Positions 41,601 to 47,424 of a stretch of DNA of 64,000 nucleotides are shown piece after piece; the stretch's first letter is position 1, and every line of letters begins with the position of its first letter. The notes under the pieces were generated by a model. It worked only from the letters and a program-made list of their open reading frames with translations, was not told where the DNA came from and searched no databases. Where the stretch lies: assembly GCA_028279745.1 (NCBI GenBank), contig JANQNC010000001.1, positions 594,154 to 658,153 of the forward strand, written 5' to 3'. This stretch comes from Candidatus Nanoarchaeia archaeon (lineage in GTDB: Archaea > Nanobdellota > Nanobdellia > Woesearchaeales > JANQNC01). The position numbers were made by a program, and so were the translations under genes.

Positions 41601-42660
41601 CTGGAACGGAACAGTCTATAGTGCAGGTGAGCTAACAATAAAAGATGAAAATACAAATTGTGTATTCGATCAGTTCGAGCAAATACAAACACCACCTTCC
41701 GGAGGCGGAGGCGGCGGCGGAAGCTGCACACCTAACTGGGAATGCACAGAGTGGACAGAATGCGGATATTATAGCGGCATAAGGACAAGGACTTGCATAG
41801 ACACAAGAAATTGCAACAGAGACAGACCTGTAGAAAGAGAAACTTGCAGAGGAATACCTGCATGCTCAGACGGATTATGGAACAATGGAGAAGAAGGAGT
41901 AGATTGCGGAGGCAAATGCACGCCTTGTTCAGGTGAAGAAGAAATAACCGGCAGACCAATCATAGAAAGACCTGTAACTCCAATTGAAGAACAACCAGAC
42001 ACAATAGAGCCTCCAGTAGAGGAAGAAACAAAAGTTCCTTGGTGGTTCTTACTACTATTACTATTGTTCATAGTTGCAGTAATAGGATTCATTGCAGCAG
42101 ACATGAGAAAGAGACAAACAGTAATCCCAACAGTTAAAGAATCAGTTACACCAGTAGCAGTAGCTGAAAAACCAAAACAAGGAGTGTTGATGGTTGAGGT
42201 AGAAGAGTTAGAAAAATCAATACAGTCAGTGTTAGGCAGCGGATTTACTGTAGAAGATGTCAAACAAGCACTAATGAGAAAAGGATGGGACGAACAAACA
42301 GTTAACTTTGCATTGAAAGAAGCAGTTATCAAGAAGTATAAACTGCATGAACCTCACGGTGAATTAGAGAAATTAGAAAAATCAATATCATCCGTAGTTG
42401 GACACGGATATACTTGCCAAGACATCAGGAAGTCATTAGTCAAGAAAGGCTGGCCAAGAGATGTGGTAGATGAGGCATTACATGAAACAGTAGTAAGAAA
42501 TGAGAAACTACATGAAGTACATAATGATGTTGAACAACTGGTTAACTCTATCAAAGCAGTAAGGTGTCATGGATATGCTAAGGACGCAATCAAGAAAAAG
42601 CTATTAGATAAAGGATGGCCTCTTGCTAAAGTGAATGAAGCTATGAAAAAAGTTCCTTAA
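32662..42660 (+). CDS. giant (3332 aa) type-I membrane surface protein: cadherin-like repeats, 7-bladed beta-propeller, Cys-rich module, TM helix, cytoplasmic triple repeat
   Basis: A single uninterrupted ORF with signal peptide MTKKTQNKNMLMLLIVATLFAITSVDA. It has recurrent VTPVNDAP, NDIPIF and VEDNPTF motifs (cadherin-like DxNDNAPxF). It has blades of the form hL(Y/F)xxGDxGEIxxYNGTxW (about 39.7-40.5 kb). A Cys-rich module lies at about 41.70-41.94 kb. A TM helix WWFLLLLLLFIVAVIGFIAA lies at about 42.04-42.10 kb. N-x-S/T sequons are extremely frequent. Confidence 0.8.
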   Translation: MTKKTQNKNMLMLLIVATLFAITSVDAVLNCTSTDPCEIPFTGGHPPGFPAPLENLQCGETFYYEFELPRNHNCQATVIFDVTDGANTSNKITFGGDDLLQNCQRVITSADSQQCENVNINVPMGIDELFTVTASRPVEGTECNSSVEIDYTLAYYATCATTKDGWGKNGSFVNTTGGEFYFETLIGEGGNFSGLSIFDVNSDNVINDTDYYDILSRDGERDGTFWTPLIDFNAQFGVYEVLLDYTLGFRAYLGKIVNGAMPIRWFITQENDGRCSYDEDNTSTDCHYCNNDGFCAINEYEYLGESCQDCNGTFPLEPQMTEFDSCSETTDMADVLDIEHAENFTIEGEEPGCNDGNIMFTQEINLTNSGSGYIPLDINTSIDIIDNYISVNTIEAPQLEKEAQLTIYNRTWCHPGILKNGAECVDCPVQEYGDKIKSLNATGIADADLLTNVTGQSFTLELQAENYTFGKLTQNNVYTQQQVGQDSPISVEIVSGALTTNARINITGINKIIYLPKMNLGGGPSKVYVAEDGSTYTGAALTTISKSAADPIKVTSLSAVNTSGPHGKSFFWFYAGETPTLFATINNDGIFNATGTTTVPTQVKIVYTAEYPVNITLDGHHLFLPSTFPISNAAYPATNNITYKERDLVNVKRTPEKDLSIVDKDPTNLTFTVPAFGSELITVYESEDLVPSYSNFNGSTTNFCYAKDETTTRELSIFRAVIEDTSNAKLGLVSYANFTKLDLNNEIIMGGSNKTKIIWINGSTSDEFEGKAAIITFHRMDIVHPQIMGTVTNVVPIRHYVPPGETLSEFIFYAELTGSSPINITIVDADNPTEFLSDIDNITIRNGTQEVRINVSDHFSDDDVNVTDLEYGVANQTGSIKVTFEKAANVVTAIIRPLTRFFNPFSFQFFVYEPGVIDGESAFSNFLFGNILPDRPPIQTQTILDIVFNEDENGTIDLSDYFEDPDNHPLHYTWTPIDAGGNITIHKQGMAQSLWWNITNATYTGNNSMTFLQEVIALVQTNTTELLASPGTYGYIVAAGYADQTAEEGTDLLRINFWNTTGNGMSFPEGNISITYDNGKDLKIYIPEVTYTDRNNFSLFVSKDGSTYYDEGLTQIAKVSPNPIVVPSLVIEPDSDWHGKRTIVFIANDTIHKKTSNNVDIIVHNLNDAPRKHKDIDDIVMLEGTVEFVVNVTPDYLFDIDIPTDTEFEADDELTLTYSKQGGGDAEFINLTFSNNGVYSVTEDKPVNITVKALDFPYWNGYEALTVKATDSYGKSVETNFTVYIIEVPTDLNRTILPAYIPMVEDETYPFELNNNWFVDVEGDATYRYFGLNSTNITIELNIDSGNGTIRADPDWFGVAVVNFSASDATSNVSDMFVINVTPVNDAPRLYGDIEVKPWPKDESYLVNLSDHFYEAYGEDTNSLVFSDIDIIPTLSTTYHELIANSYTSETANMTPDTGWYGSGWITFCADDGQYQTCSNIVRLNITSDKPPQLISPFNSPEIWPEDNVNYINLEEHFWDEELGSELDFTPSLIGPFDGFNITPYGELINSNVLLNLSNVRKAAYNLTLGGGFTFIAADNSGRYLTTAYGTNGTQTPIFLLSPLQHNAKPIKIYKTSMKDPSFELPEETYNLTGNANISVSYTAYEGDKSRRVERNIGTGITGITTIDPIPVVSNQQYTVSAVITTENIRDPGESVTVAIECDGIATEVAIPGMTTQKQGLTDWEDWDTIQRVYNVGSSTECRPKLIMGSGTLGTFWADLFNFDKYYPTNTPEREMSITESSLESATGGVEVFLPELNNTLQAIYLGIDGTTYYDENMTVVARRSPNMALVPDEHWYGNRTMAIIATDGMFNRTSNNIKLRIEPVNDIPIFKGPIQNIPMNESESRAVILSNYFEDVEDKVDLDYTLITNTEPGNIFVTINKTENETNATITTAPGWVGFGELQFKATDSKGASNESNVFIVYVGEYSDKVFAIPGANTTYFLVEDQGPKQFPVKNKYFNDTDDDAVYWYTIDETKFNMTAWDEDAGFGFIKPLPDYCNFVSCTNTNGYDNITLHAQDPISGIVNTTVQMVVECVPDIPRIEDDIYITFPEDTNYYTLIEYGYDPDKIWGCDNVTVEYPSYANVRVNLSTFDGFNMSFQPEPNFNGIEIINVTLTDAYGLQNSTIVTINVTPIDDPTQLNWTPYGYTIPEDTNLTENVSDKIWDVDNVLTLNATYDPSVIASIIFEPTMTVVPLIQNFLQQMIVTPVMDWFGLTFFDVYATNESGDVVANVSLYLNVTPVNDAPVCDEQIADQVMCEDTLLDILINGNIIDVDNETLNYFAQNLTAGIDNVTFFNGWRDEETLSENIHSVTEFNDVLYAVGDDGYIARYYDKGNCTAEYGWEQVENTSTANDLRAVHGYNGMLFTAGDNGEVDVYNGTWNNVSKFTSLDLHALETYDNKLWVGGDEGEIWTYNGNNWTNMTNLFINSHVRHLKAFDEILYVGQSSGTHGEKIDYYNTSEWRNIVNEPLNGSIKAMEEYDGKLFVSDDNGSIAHLVEETWTYLTGTNVNDIESMTVFDGMLYTGGASGEIDRFDGTVWENVTGTTTGFTTEMIPYKHSKYNNNRDYLFTFSNGDVDSYTGGFTAVINSSDNWFGNANATIGATDGEMNGTCDPINIEVTPVEDNPTFVSMWPWINTVSILTESYDVDNLYSYLQNLTLDVYNATIENNGSLLCSGVNVENVSCEFPQPEDNMTHTVFGYLYDSNGNEADNNPLNASYEFNPPTVNTNADERFWFIGDNGTITIGTTDDTGLLNIQYCVADYYEDDCTINETVAASGTVNSLILSVECAPTDIMCRTKVKFTAQDIFGNYAEEGSGRVNMIYGSEIYNTTVNETRNGEKVVVLNGSVVNNSNIIRSLVRNVTYNEVTIIDSEDKNSVTSNAMIFVDPSILENNTYIGPNTLINAIIKHSTIEDSDVRDSEGCHMIINESTIINGAIINGTVTWNGTVYSAGELTIKDENTNCVFDQFEQIQTPPSGGGGGGGSCTPNWECTEWTECGYYSGIRTRTCIDTRNCNRDRPVERETCRGIPACSDGLWNNGEEGVDCGGKCTPCSGEEEITGRPIIERPVTPIEEQPDTIEPPVEEETKVPWWFLLLLLLFIVAVIGFIAADMRKRQTVIPTVKESVTPVAVAEKPKQGVLMVEVEELEKSIQSVLGSGFTVEDVKQALMRKGWDEQTVNFALKEAVIKKYKLHEPHGELEKLEKSISSVVGHGYTCQDIRKSLVKKGWPRDVVDEALHETVVRNEKLHEVHNDVEQLVNSIKAVRCHGYAKDAIKKKLLDKGWPLAKVNEAMKKVP

Positions 42661-42668
42661 GTCAAAAA

Positions 42669-43178
42669 ATGGAAGACATACACAATAAATGGCCCCACAG
42701 ATGGGTAAATTCAAAAGCAGCATCTGAAAACTCTAAACTGCATGGTCTTGGGGTATTCGCTAAAGAAGAAATAAAAAAAGGAGAACTAATCTGCATTCTT
42801 GGAGGAGTTATAGTTCCCAGTTCTGAAATTAAAGAATACTGGGGCAAGATGAGTCATGTGGGGATACAGATCCACGAGGACTTTTTTATGGTTCCCACAA
42901 CAAGAGAAGAGTTAGAACAAAACGGTGTATTTAACCATTCTTGTGAACCAAATATCGGCTTCTTGGAGGATATCCAGTTTGTAGCAATAAAAGATATACA
43001 ACCTGGAGAAGAGTTGGTTTTTGATTACGCATTTAGCGAAACTTTAATGGACCCTTTTGAATGTAAATGCGAGTCTGACAAATGTAGGAAAACAATAACT
43101 TCTAACGACTGGAAAATCAAAGAAATACAAACAAAATATAAAAAATACTTCTCTCCTTATTTAAGAAGAAAAATTTAA
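42669..43178 (+). CDS. SET-domain protein (lysine methyltransferase)
   Basis: It carries GLGVFAKEEIKKGELI, NHSCEPN, GEELVFDY and a post-SET Cys cluster CKCESDKC. It lies 9 nt downstream of the giant gene. Confidence 0.8.
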   Translation: MEDIHNKWPHRWVNSKAASENSKLHGLGVFAKEEIKKGELICILGGVIVPSSEIKEYWGKMSHVGIQIHEDFFMVPTTREELEQNGVFNHSCEPNIGFLEDIQFVAIKDIQPGEELVFDYAFSETLMDPFECKCESDKCRKTITSNDWKIKEIQTKYKKYFSPYLRRKI

Positions 43179-43184
43179 AAAAAA

Positions 43185-43787
43185 TTATTCTTCTGTGAAA
43201 TCTTCAACAGTTGGTTCGAATTCTTTATCTGAAGAGATCATACCTTTAGCTTTTAGGAACTCTCTAGTTAAAATCCAGAATATCAAACCTAAAGATTTCT
43301 TACCTTTGTTGTTACACGGAACAACCAAGTCTAAATTGTTTGTCTGGTTATTGGTGTCACATAAAGCGATGACTGGCACACCAATATTCATAGCGTCATC
43401 AACGATGTTCTTGTCAGGCCAAGGGTCTGCAACAAGAATAACTTTTGGTTCTATGAAGTTTTCAAGTTGAGCGTTAGTCATAACACCTGGCGGATAACGT
43501 CCTGCAAATATCTTAATCCCTGTGTGCTTACCTGTTAGTTTAGCGGGCTTCCAAGCATTCTCCCTTCTAGCTGCAATAACAATCTCTTCAGGTTCATACT
43601 GAGCCAAAAGCTTAGCTGCTACATTGATTCTTTCATCAATCTTTTTCAAATTAAGAACTGATAGACCATCTGGTCTTGTCTTATAGATGAAATTCTCCAT
43701 GTACTTAGTCTTAAACTTAGTACCTATGTGGATACCTGATTTCAGATAAACATCTGAGGGTATCAACAAATTATCTTCTTCTGCCAT
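43185..43787 (-). CDS. rps2: 30S ribosomal protein uS2 (archaeal type)
   Basis: It carries YLKSGIHIGTKFKTKYMENFIYKTRPDGLSVLNL and KIDERINVAAKLL. Confidence 0.85.
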   Translation of the reverse strand: MAEEDNLLIPSDVYLKSGIHIGTKFKTKYMENFIYKTRPDGLSVLNLKKIDERINVAAKLLAQYEPEEIVIAARRENAWKPAKLTGKHTGIKIFAGRYPPGVMTNAQLENFIEPKVILVADPWPDKNIVDDAMNIGVPVIALCDTNNQTNNLDLVVPCNNKGKKSLGLIFWILTREFLKAKGMISSDKEFEPTVEDFTEE

Positions 43788-43890
43788 ATTTTATACCTTC
43801 TGCAAAGAAATCTTATGTTTCATTGCACTTTTTTTTGCCTCATGCAAATTCGGCTTTACAGCTAATAGTTATAGGTTTATTTATAAATCT

Positions 43891-44319
43891 TTACCTTATC
43901 AGATCTGCTGTGACAGCGCTTAAACTAGCAGGTAATGCAAGTATTATAGACCTCTTAAACGCAACAATGGGGTGTAATTGCCAAGGTGCTTTCTCAATCA
44001 TCACCAGAAGAAATGTTACAGTAGCAAAAATGACCACATAAGAAGAAAGTACTTTTTTCCAATAACCCCAATCTTCCAAAGTTACAACAACATGTTTATA
44101 CCCCGTGTGGAAAGTTGCAACCGCAATTATGAATAAAGAAAAGATAAATATTATTCCAACATTAAATTCTTGTATTGTCTCACCAATACGCCAAACCTCT
44201 TCAGTAAAAGCCACAGGAACAGCCAATAAACAAGAACCAAAAATTAACTGCGCAATATCCTCAGGATGAATCTCGTGTGCAGTCTTCTTCCTTTTGTGAT
44301 GGTTATTGAACAAATTCAA
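43891..44319 (-). CDS. small integral membrane protein, function unknown
   Basis: The 142-aa product has 4 predicted TM helices. Confidence 0.4.
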   Translation of the reverse strand: MNLFNNHHKRKKTAHEIHPEDIAQLIFGSCLLAVPVAFTEEVWRIGETIQEFNVGIIFIFSLFIIAVATFHTGYKHVVVTLEDWGYWKKVLSSYVVIFATVTFLLVMIEKAPWQLHPIVAFKRSIILALPASLSAVTADLIR

Positions 44320-44372
44320 ACCTCTTTTTAGGATTTATTGGTTTTTTGATTTATAAATGTTACTGAAAAGAA

Positions 44373-44906
44373 TTATTTACGCTTGATGAAAACAAATCCT
44401 GCTAAAGCAGCCACTAAAATAACCAGAATTGCTGTTAAATTGAATTCAGGGATCACCTCTTGTTCAGACCCTTCAGGAACACACTGACCTAGATCACAAA
44501 AGAATCCTTCACTACACTCAATAGGAACATTGCTGCATCCATCTTCTTCTGGAGAACATGAGTCTATTGTACAAGGGTCTTGATCGTTACAGCTCCAATC
44601 TTCTTCAGAACCAACACTACAATAACCATCTCCTCCCACTAACAGCTCACAAGAGCCAATCCTATGAACTAAAGTAAGGCCATTACAGTAATAACCATTA
44701 CAAATCTCTTCAACACCTATAGGTTCTGCAGGCTGACAAGAATCAAACCCATCACACCTAAATTGAAAACTTACAAGAGTGTCAGGGTCACCACATAACG
44801 GAAGTTGACCACAGGGTGTGCCTGCAGACTCGTTTGAACAATCATCAAGTGCATAAGCTAAACTAATCGAGAAAAGAACTGCAAATAGTACTGATGCTTT
44901 CTTCAT
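44373..44906 (-). CDS. secreted Cys-rich protein with PEF-CTERM-like C-terminal anchor
   Basis: It has a signal peptide and more than 20 Cys in its ectodomain. The C-terminus reads CVPEGSEQEVIPEF followed by a TM helix and KRK. A paralog lies at 48253-48564. Confidence 0.5.
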   Translation of the reverse strand: MKKASVLFAVLFSISLAYALDDCSNESAGTPCGQLPLCGDPDTLVSFQFRCDGFDSCQPAEPIGVEEICNGYYCNGLTLVHRIGSCELLVGGDGYCSVGSEEDWSCNDQDPCTIDSCSPEEDGCSNVPIECSEGFFCDLGQCVPEGSEQEVIPEFNLTAILVILVAALAGFVFIKRK

Positions 44907-44985
44907 AGTATGCTTTTAGGTTTTGTAGTATATAAATCTTTTCAAAAAAGAAAATAATAAAAAGAACAAAAACTAAGATGAGTTT

Positions 44986-45507
44986 ATGAGACTATTTATA
45001 GCAGTAGAAGCAAGTGAAGAAGTTAAAGACTATCTAAAAGAAATTCAAAACAAAATAAAGAAAGCAGGGATAAGGCTGACAAAAGGATTTCATTTGACTT
45101 TAAGATTTGTTGGAGAAGTTCCGGATGAAAAAGTTGATCATCTGAAAAAGTCTCTTTCTGATATGAGATATGAGCCGTTCAAAGCTAAGCTAAATGGGAT
45201 GGGTTATTTTCCAGAAGAAGGAAAGTTAAGAGTTGCGTGGGTTGGATTGCATCCAGAGGATAAGATAAAAGAGTTGCATGAAAAAGTAGATGATGCAGTT
45301 GCAAAAATAGGATTCCAAAGAGACACAAGATTTAAGTCGCACATAACAGTTGCGAAAGTTAAGTTTATGAAAAACAAAAGAGAGTTCAAAGATAAGATAT
45401 TAAGCATAAATGTTAAACCAATGGATTTTATGATTGATAAGATAAAGTTGATAAAAAGTACTGCAACTGATACAGGTCATGTTTATGATACGATTGCGGA
45501 ATTCTAG
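44986..45507 (+). CDS. RNA 2',3'-cyclic phosphodiesterase (LigT/ThpR, 2H family)
   Basis: It has two H-x-T/S-x motifs, FHLTLRF and SHITVAK. The 173-aa length fits. Confidence 0.85.
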   Translation: MRLFIAVEASEEVKDYLKEIQNKIKKAGIRLTKGFHLTLRFVGEVPDEKVDHLKKSLSDMRYEPFKAKLNGMGYFPEEGKLRVAWVGLHPEDKIKELHEKVDDAVAKIGFQRDTRFKSHITVAKVKFMKNKREFKDKILSINVKPMDFMIDKIKLIKSTATDTGHVYDTIAEF

Positions 45508-45552
45508 AATAAGAAAAAAAGTAAAAATAAGAAAAATAAAAGAAAGGAAAAA
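45508..45552 (-). terminator. oligo-T tract downstream of TRAM gene (minus strand)
   Basis: The minus strand reads TTTCTTTTATTTTTCTTATTTTTACTTTTTTTCTTATT immediately after the stop codon. Archaeal terminators are T-rich. Confidence 0.3.
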
Positions 45553-46026
45553 TTATTCCTCTTTCTTCTCTTCTTCAGCCGGTTCTGGAAGGTCGTCAGG
45601 AGTTTCAGGCTCTTCTTCTACTGGAGCTTCTTCCTTAGTCTCTTCTTCAGCTGGCTCTTCACCAAAGTCATCAGATGCAGGTTCAGGTTCTGCAGGCTCT
45701 TCAGCCACAGGCTCTTCCTCTGCTGCAGGCTCTTCACCAAAATCATCTGAAGGTGCTTCCTCTTGAGGAGCTTCTTCAGCTGCAGGTGCATCTGCTGCGC
45801 CAACAACTTCACCAAAGCCTACTTTTCGCAGAACTCTGCTGATCTTAATCTTAACGTTGTCTCCTTCATTTACGTTAGGGACAAAAACTACAAATCCCTT
45901 AACTTTTGCGATACCATCACCTTTCTCGCCTACTGCTTCTATATTTACGTCATACTCTTCCCCGACCTTAACAGGGACAAATCGCGGTCTTCTGTCAAAA
46001 CCGCCTCGGTCATTTCCATATTCCAT
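45553..46026 (-). CDS. TRAM-domain protein with acidic low-complexity C-terminal tail
   Basis: The N-terminal TRAM-like beta-barrel reads VGEEYDVNIEAVGEKGDGIAKVKGFVVFVPNVNEGDNVKIKISRV. The tail is Glu/Pro/Ala-rich with a repeated SDDFGEEPA. Confidence 0.6.
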   Translation of the reverse strand: MEYGNDRGGFDRRPRFVPVKVGEEYDVNIEAVGEKGDGIAKVKGFVVFVPNVNEGDNVKIKISRVLRKVGFGEVVGAADAPAAEEAPQEEAPSDDFGEEPAAEEEPVAEEPAEPEPASDDFGEEPAEEETKEEAPVEEEPETPDDLPEPAEEEKKEE

Positions 46027-46137
46027 ATTGTTTACCTCTGTATTTAATAGCTGCTTAGCTTATAAGCAACGAGCCATAGTTAGTATATTGAGTATTTAAA
46101 TCTTTTCTTAGAAGTATATAATAAAAAAATAAAGACC

Positions 46138-47100
46138 TTAAAGGTCCTTAATTCCAAGCTCTTCAATCATGAAGTTGCACTCAGCATCTGGCAAGTTTGG
46201 TGCGTCAACAAGTTTTGCAACTCTTGAGCCTTTCTTACCTTTTCTCAGATAAATCCTGAATGTTGAGTTATGACCAACAATATGTCCTCCGATAGCTTCA
46301 GTAGGGTCACCAAAGAATTGATCTGGCTTTGACATAACTTGGTTTGTAACGATAACACAAACGTTATACATCTGAGCAACTTTAGCTAAGTCATGCATGT
46401 GCTTGTTTAGTTTTTGTTGCCTATCCGCTAGTGTTCCTCTACCCACAAACTCAGCTCTGAAGTGAGATGTTAATGAGTCTACTACTAACACTTTTACGTT
46501 AGTTCCACTCTTGATTAACTCTTCAGCTTTGCTAACTAATAACATCTGATGATCTGAATTGTAAGCTCTAGCAACCTTAACGTTTTTTAGAACTTCATCA
46601 GGATCTAAGTTTGCACCTTCTGCAAATTGTTTGATTCTTTCAGGTCTAAAGCTGCCTTCAGTATCAATATAGATCGTTTCTGATTCAGGATCTTGAAGCT
46701 GAGCAGTTACTGCAATTAAGTGTGCTATTTGAGTTTTGCCCCCACCATAAGGAGCGTAAAGTTCTGTGATAGACCCAGTTTCAAAACCACCACCCATGAT
46801 ATCGTCAAAACTTTGACTTGATGTGGATAGTTTAACTATTAACTCTCTCTTCTTAAGAAGTTCATCTCCTGATTCGAAACCCATCTCCAATGCGTCTCTT
46901 GCAGAAGATATCATCTTTCTTGCAGTTGATTCTGTAACGCCCGCAGCGTCTACCATCTTTCCAGGAGTAGATACAGCAATGCTCATTAAGTTGTCAAAAC
47001 CTGCTCCGACAAGTTTCTCAGCAGTTGCAGCCCCTACACCAGGCAATTCTTGAATTTGTTGTGCTTCAGTCATATTATCACCTTTTTTTTCTTTTTTCAT
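46138..47100 (-). CDS. radA: DNA repair and recombination protein RadA
   Basis: It has an N-terminal HhH (ELPGVGAATAEKL), Walker A (GGGKTQ) and VLVVDSLTSHFRAE. Confidence 0.9.
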   Translation of the reverse strand: MKKEKKGDNMTEAQQIQELPGVGAATAEKLVGAGFDNLMSIAVSTPGKMVDAAGVTESTARKMISSARDALEMGFESGDELLKKRELIVKLSTSSQSFDDIMGGGFETGSITELYAPYGGGKTQIAHLIAVTAQLQDPESETIYIDTEGSFRPERIKQFAEGANLDPDEVLKNVKVARAYNSDHQMLLVSKAEELIKSGTNVKVLVVDSLTSHFRAEFVGRGTLADRQQKLNKHMHDLAKVAQMYNVCVIVTNQVMSKPDQFFGDPTEAIGGHIVGHNSTFRIYLRKGKKGSRVAKLVDAPNLPDAECNFMIEELGIKDL

Positions 47101-47160
47101 TTTATTATACCTTGATTTGTTTATATACTCTATTTTAGGCCATGTCCAGTGACCAGTGGT

Positions 47161-47179
47161 GTACGGAATGCATTCCTAC
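47161..47179. promoter_or_regulatory. 19-bp palindrome GTACGGAATGCATTCCTAC in radA divergent promoter region
   Basis: The 12-bp core GGAATGCATTCC is perfect. It lies 60 nt upstream of the radA ATG, between the divergent genes. Confidence 0.3.
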
Positions 47180-47263
47180 CAGTAGTATAGTCGAGGAGTT
47201 TAATAAACTTTTTTATGCAATTATCGGAAAGAGTTATAAAGGCTACAGTATTCCTAGTATATA

Positions 47264-47422
47264 ATGGTGGTAAATCTCCCGAAATATAAGAAGAAATGCA
47301 GAGGATGTGACAAGTTTAAATTCATCAAACCAGGATGGAGCTACTGCATGGAATGTTACGAGAAAAACTACGGAAAATACAAGGGAGAAGACAGAAAGTT
47401 ATTTGTTAATGCAAATAAGTAA
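47264..47422 (+). CDS. small zinc-ribbon protein (52 aa), not in ORF track
   Basis: Manual translation gives MVVNLPKYKKKCRGCDKFKFIKPGWSYCMECYEKNYGKYKGEDRKLFVNANK. It has a CxxC...CxxC ribbon. A TATA-like AGTTATAAAGG lies 22 nt upstream. Confidence 0.4.
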   Translation: MVVNLPKYKKKCRGCDKFKFIKPGWSYCMECYEKNYGKYKGEDRKLFVNANK

Positions 47423-47424
47423 AA

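Noticed and set aside
32783-42554. More than 25 minus-strand ORFs of 60-190 aa antisense to the giant gene
   Set aside because: All lie entirely inside the continuous 3332-aa plus-strand ORF. They are low-complexity (Leu/Ser/Cys-rich mirror of an Asn/Thr/Glu-rich sense strand) and have no start context. They are shadow ORFs.
45479-45766. 95-aa Ser/Gly-rich plus-strand ORF
   Set aside because: It is the antisense mirror of the acidic low-complexity tail of the TRAM protein gene and has no independent signals.
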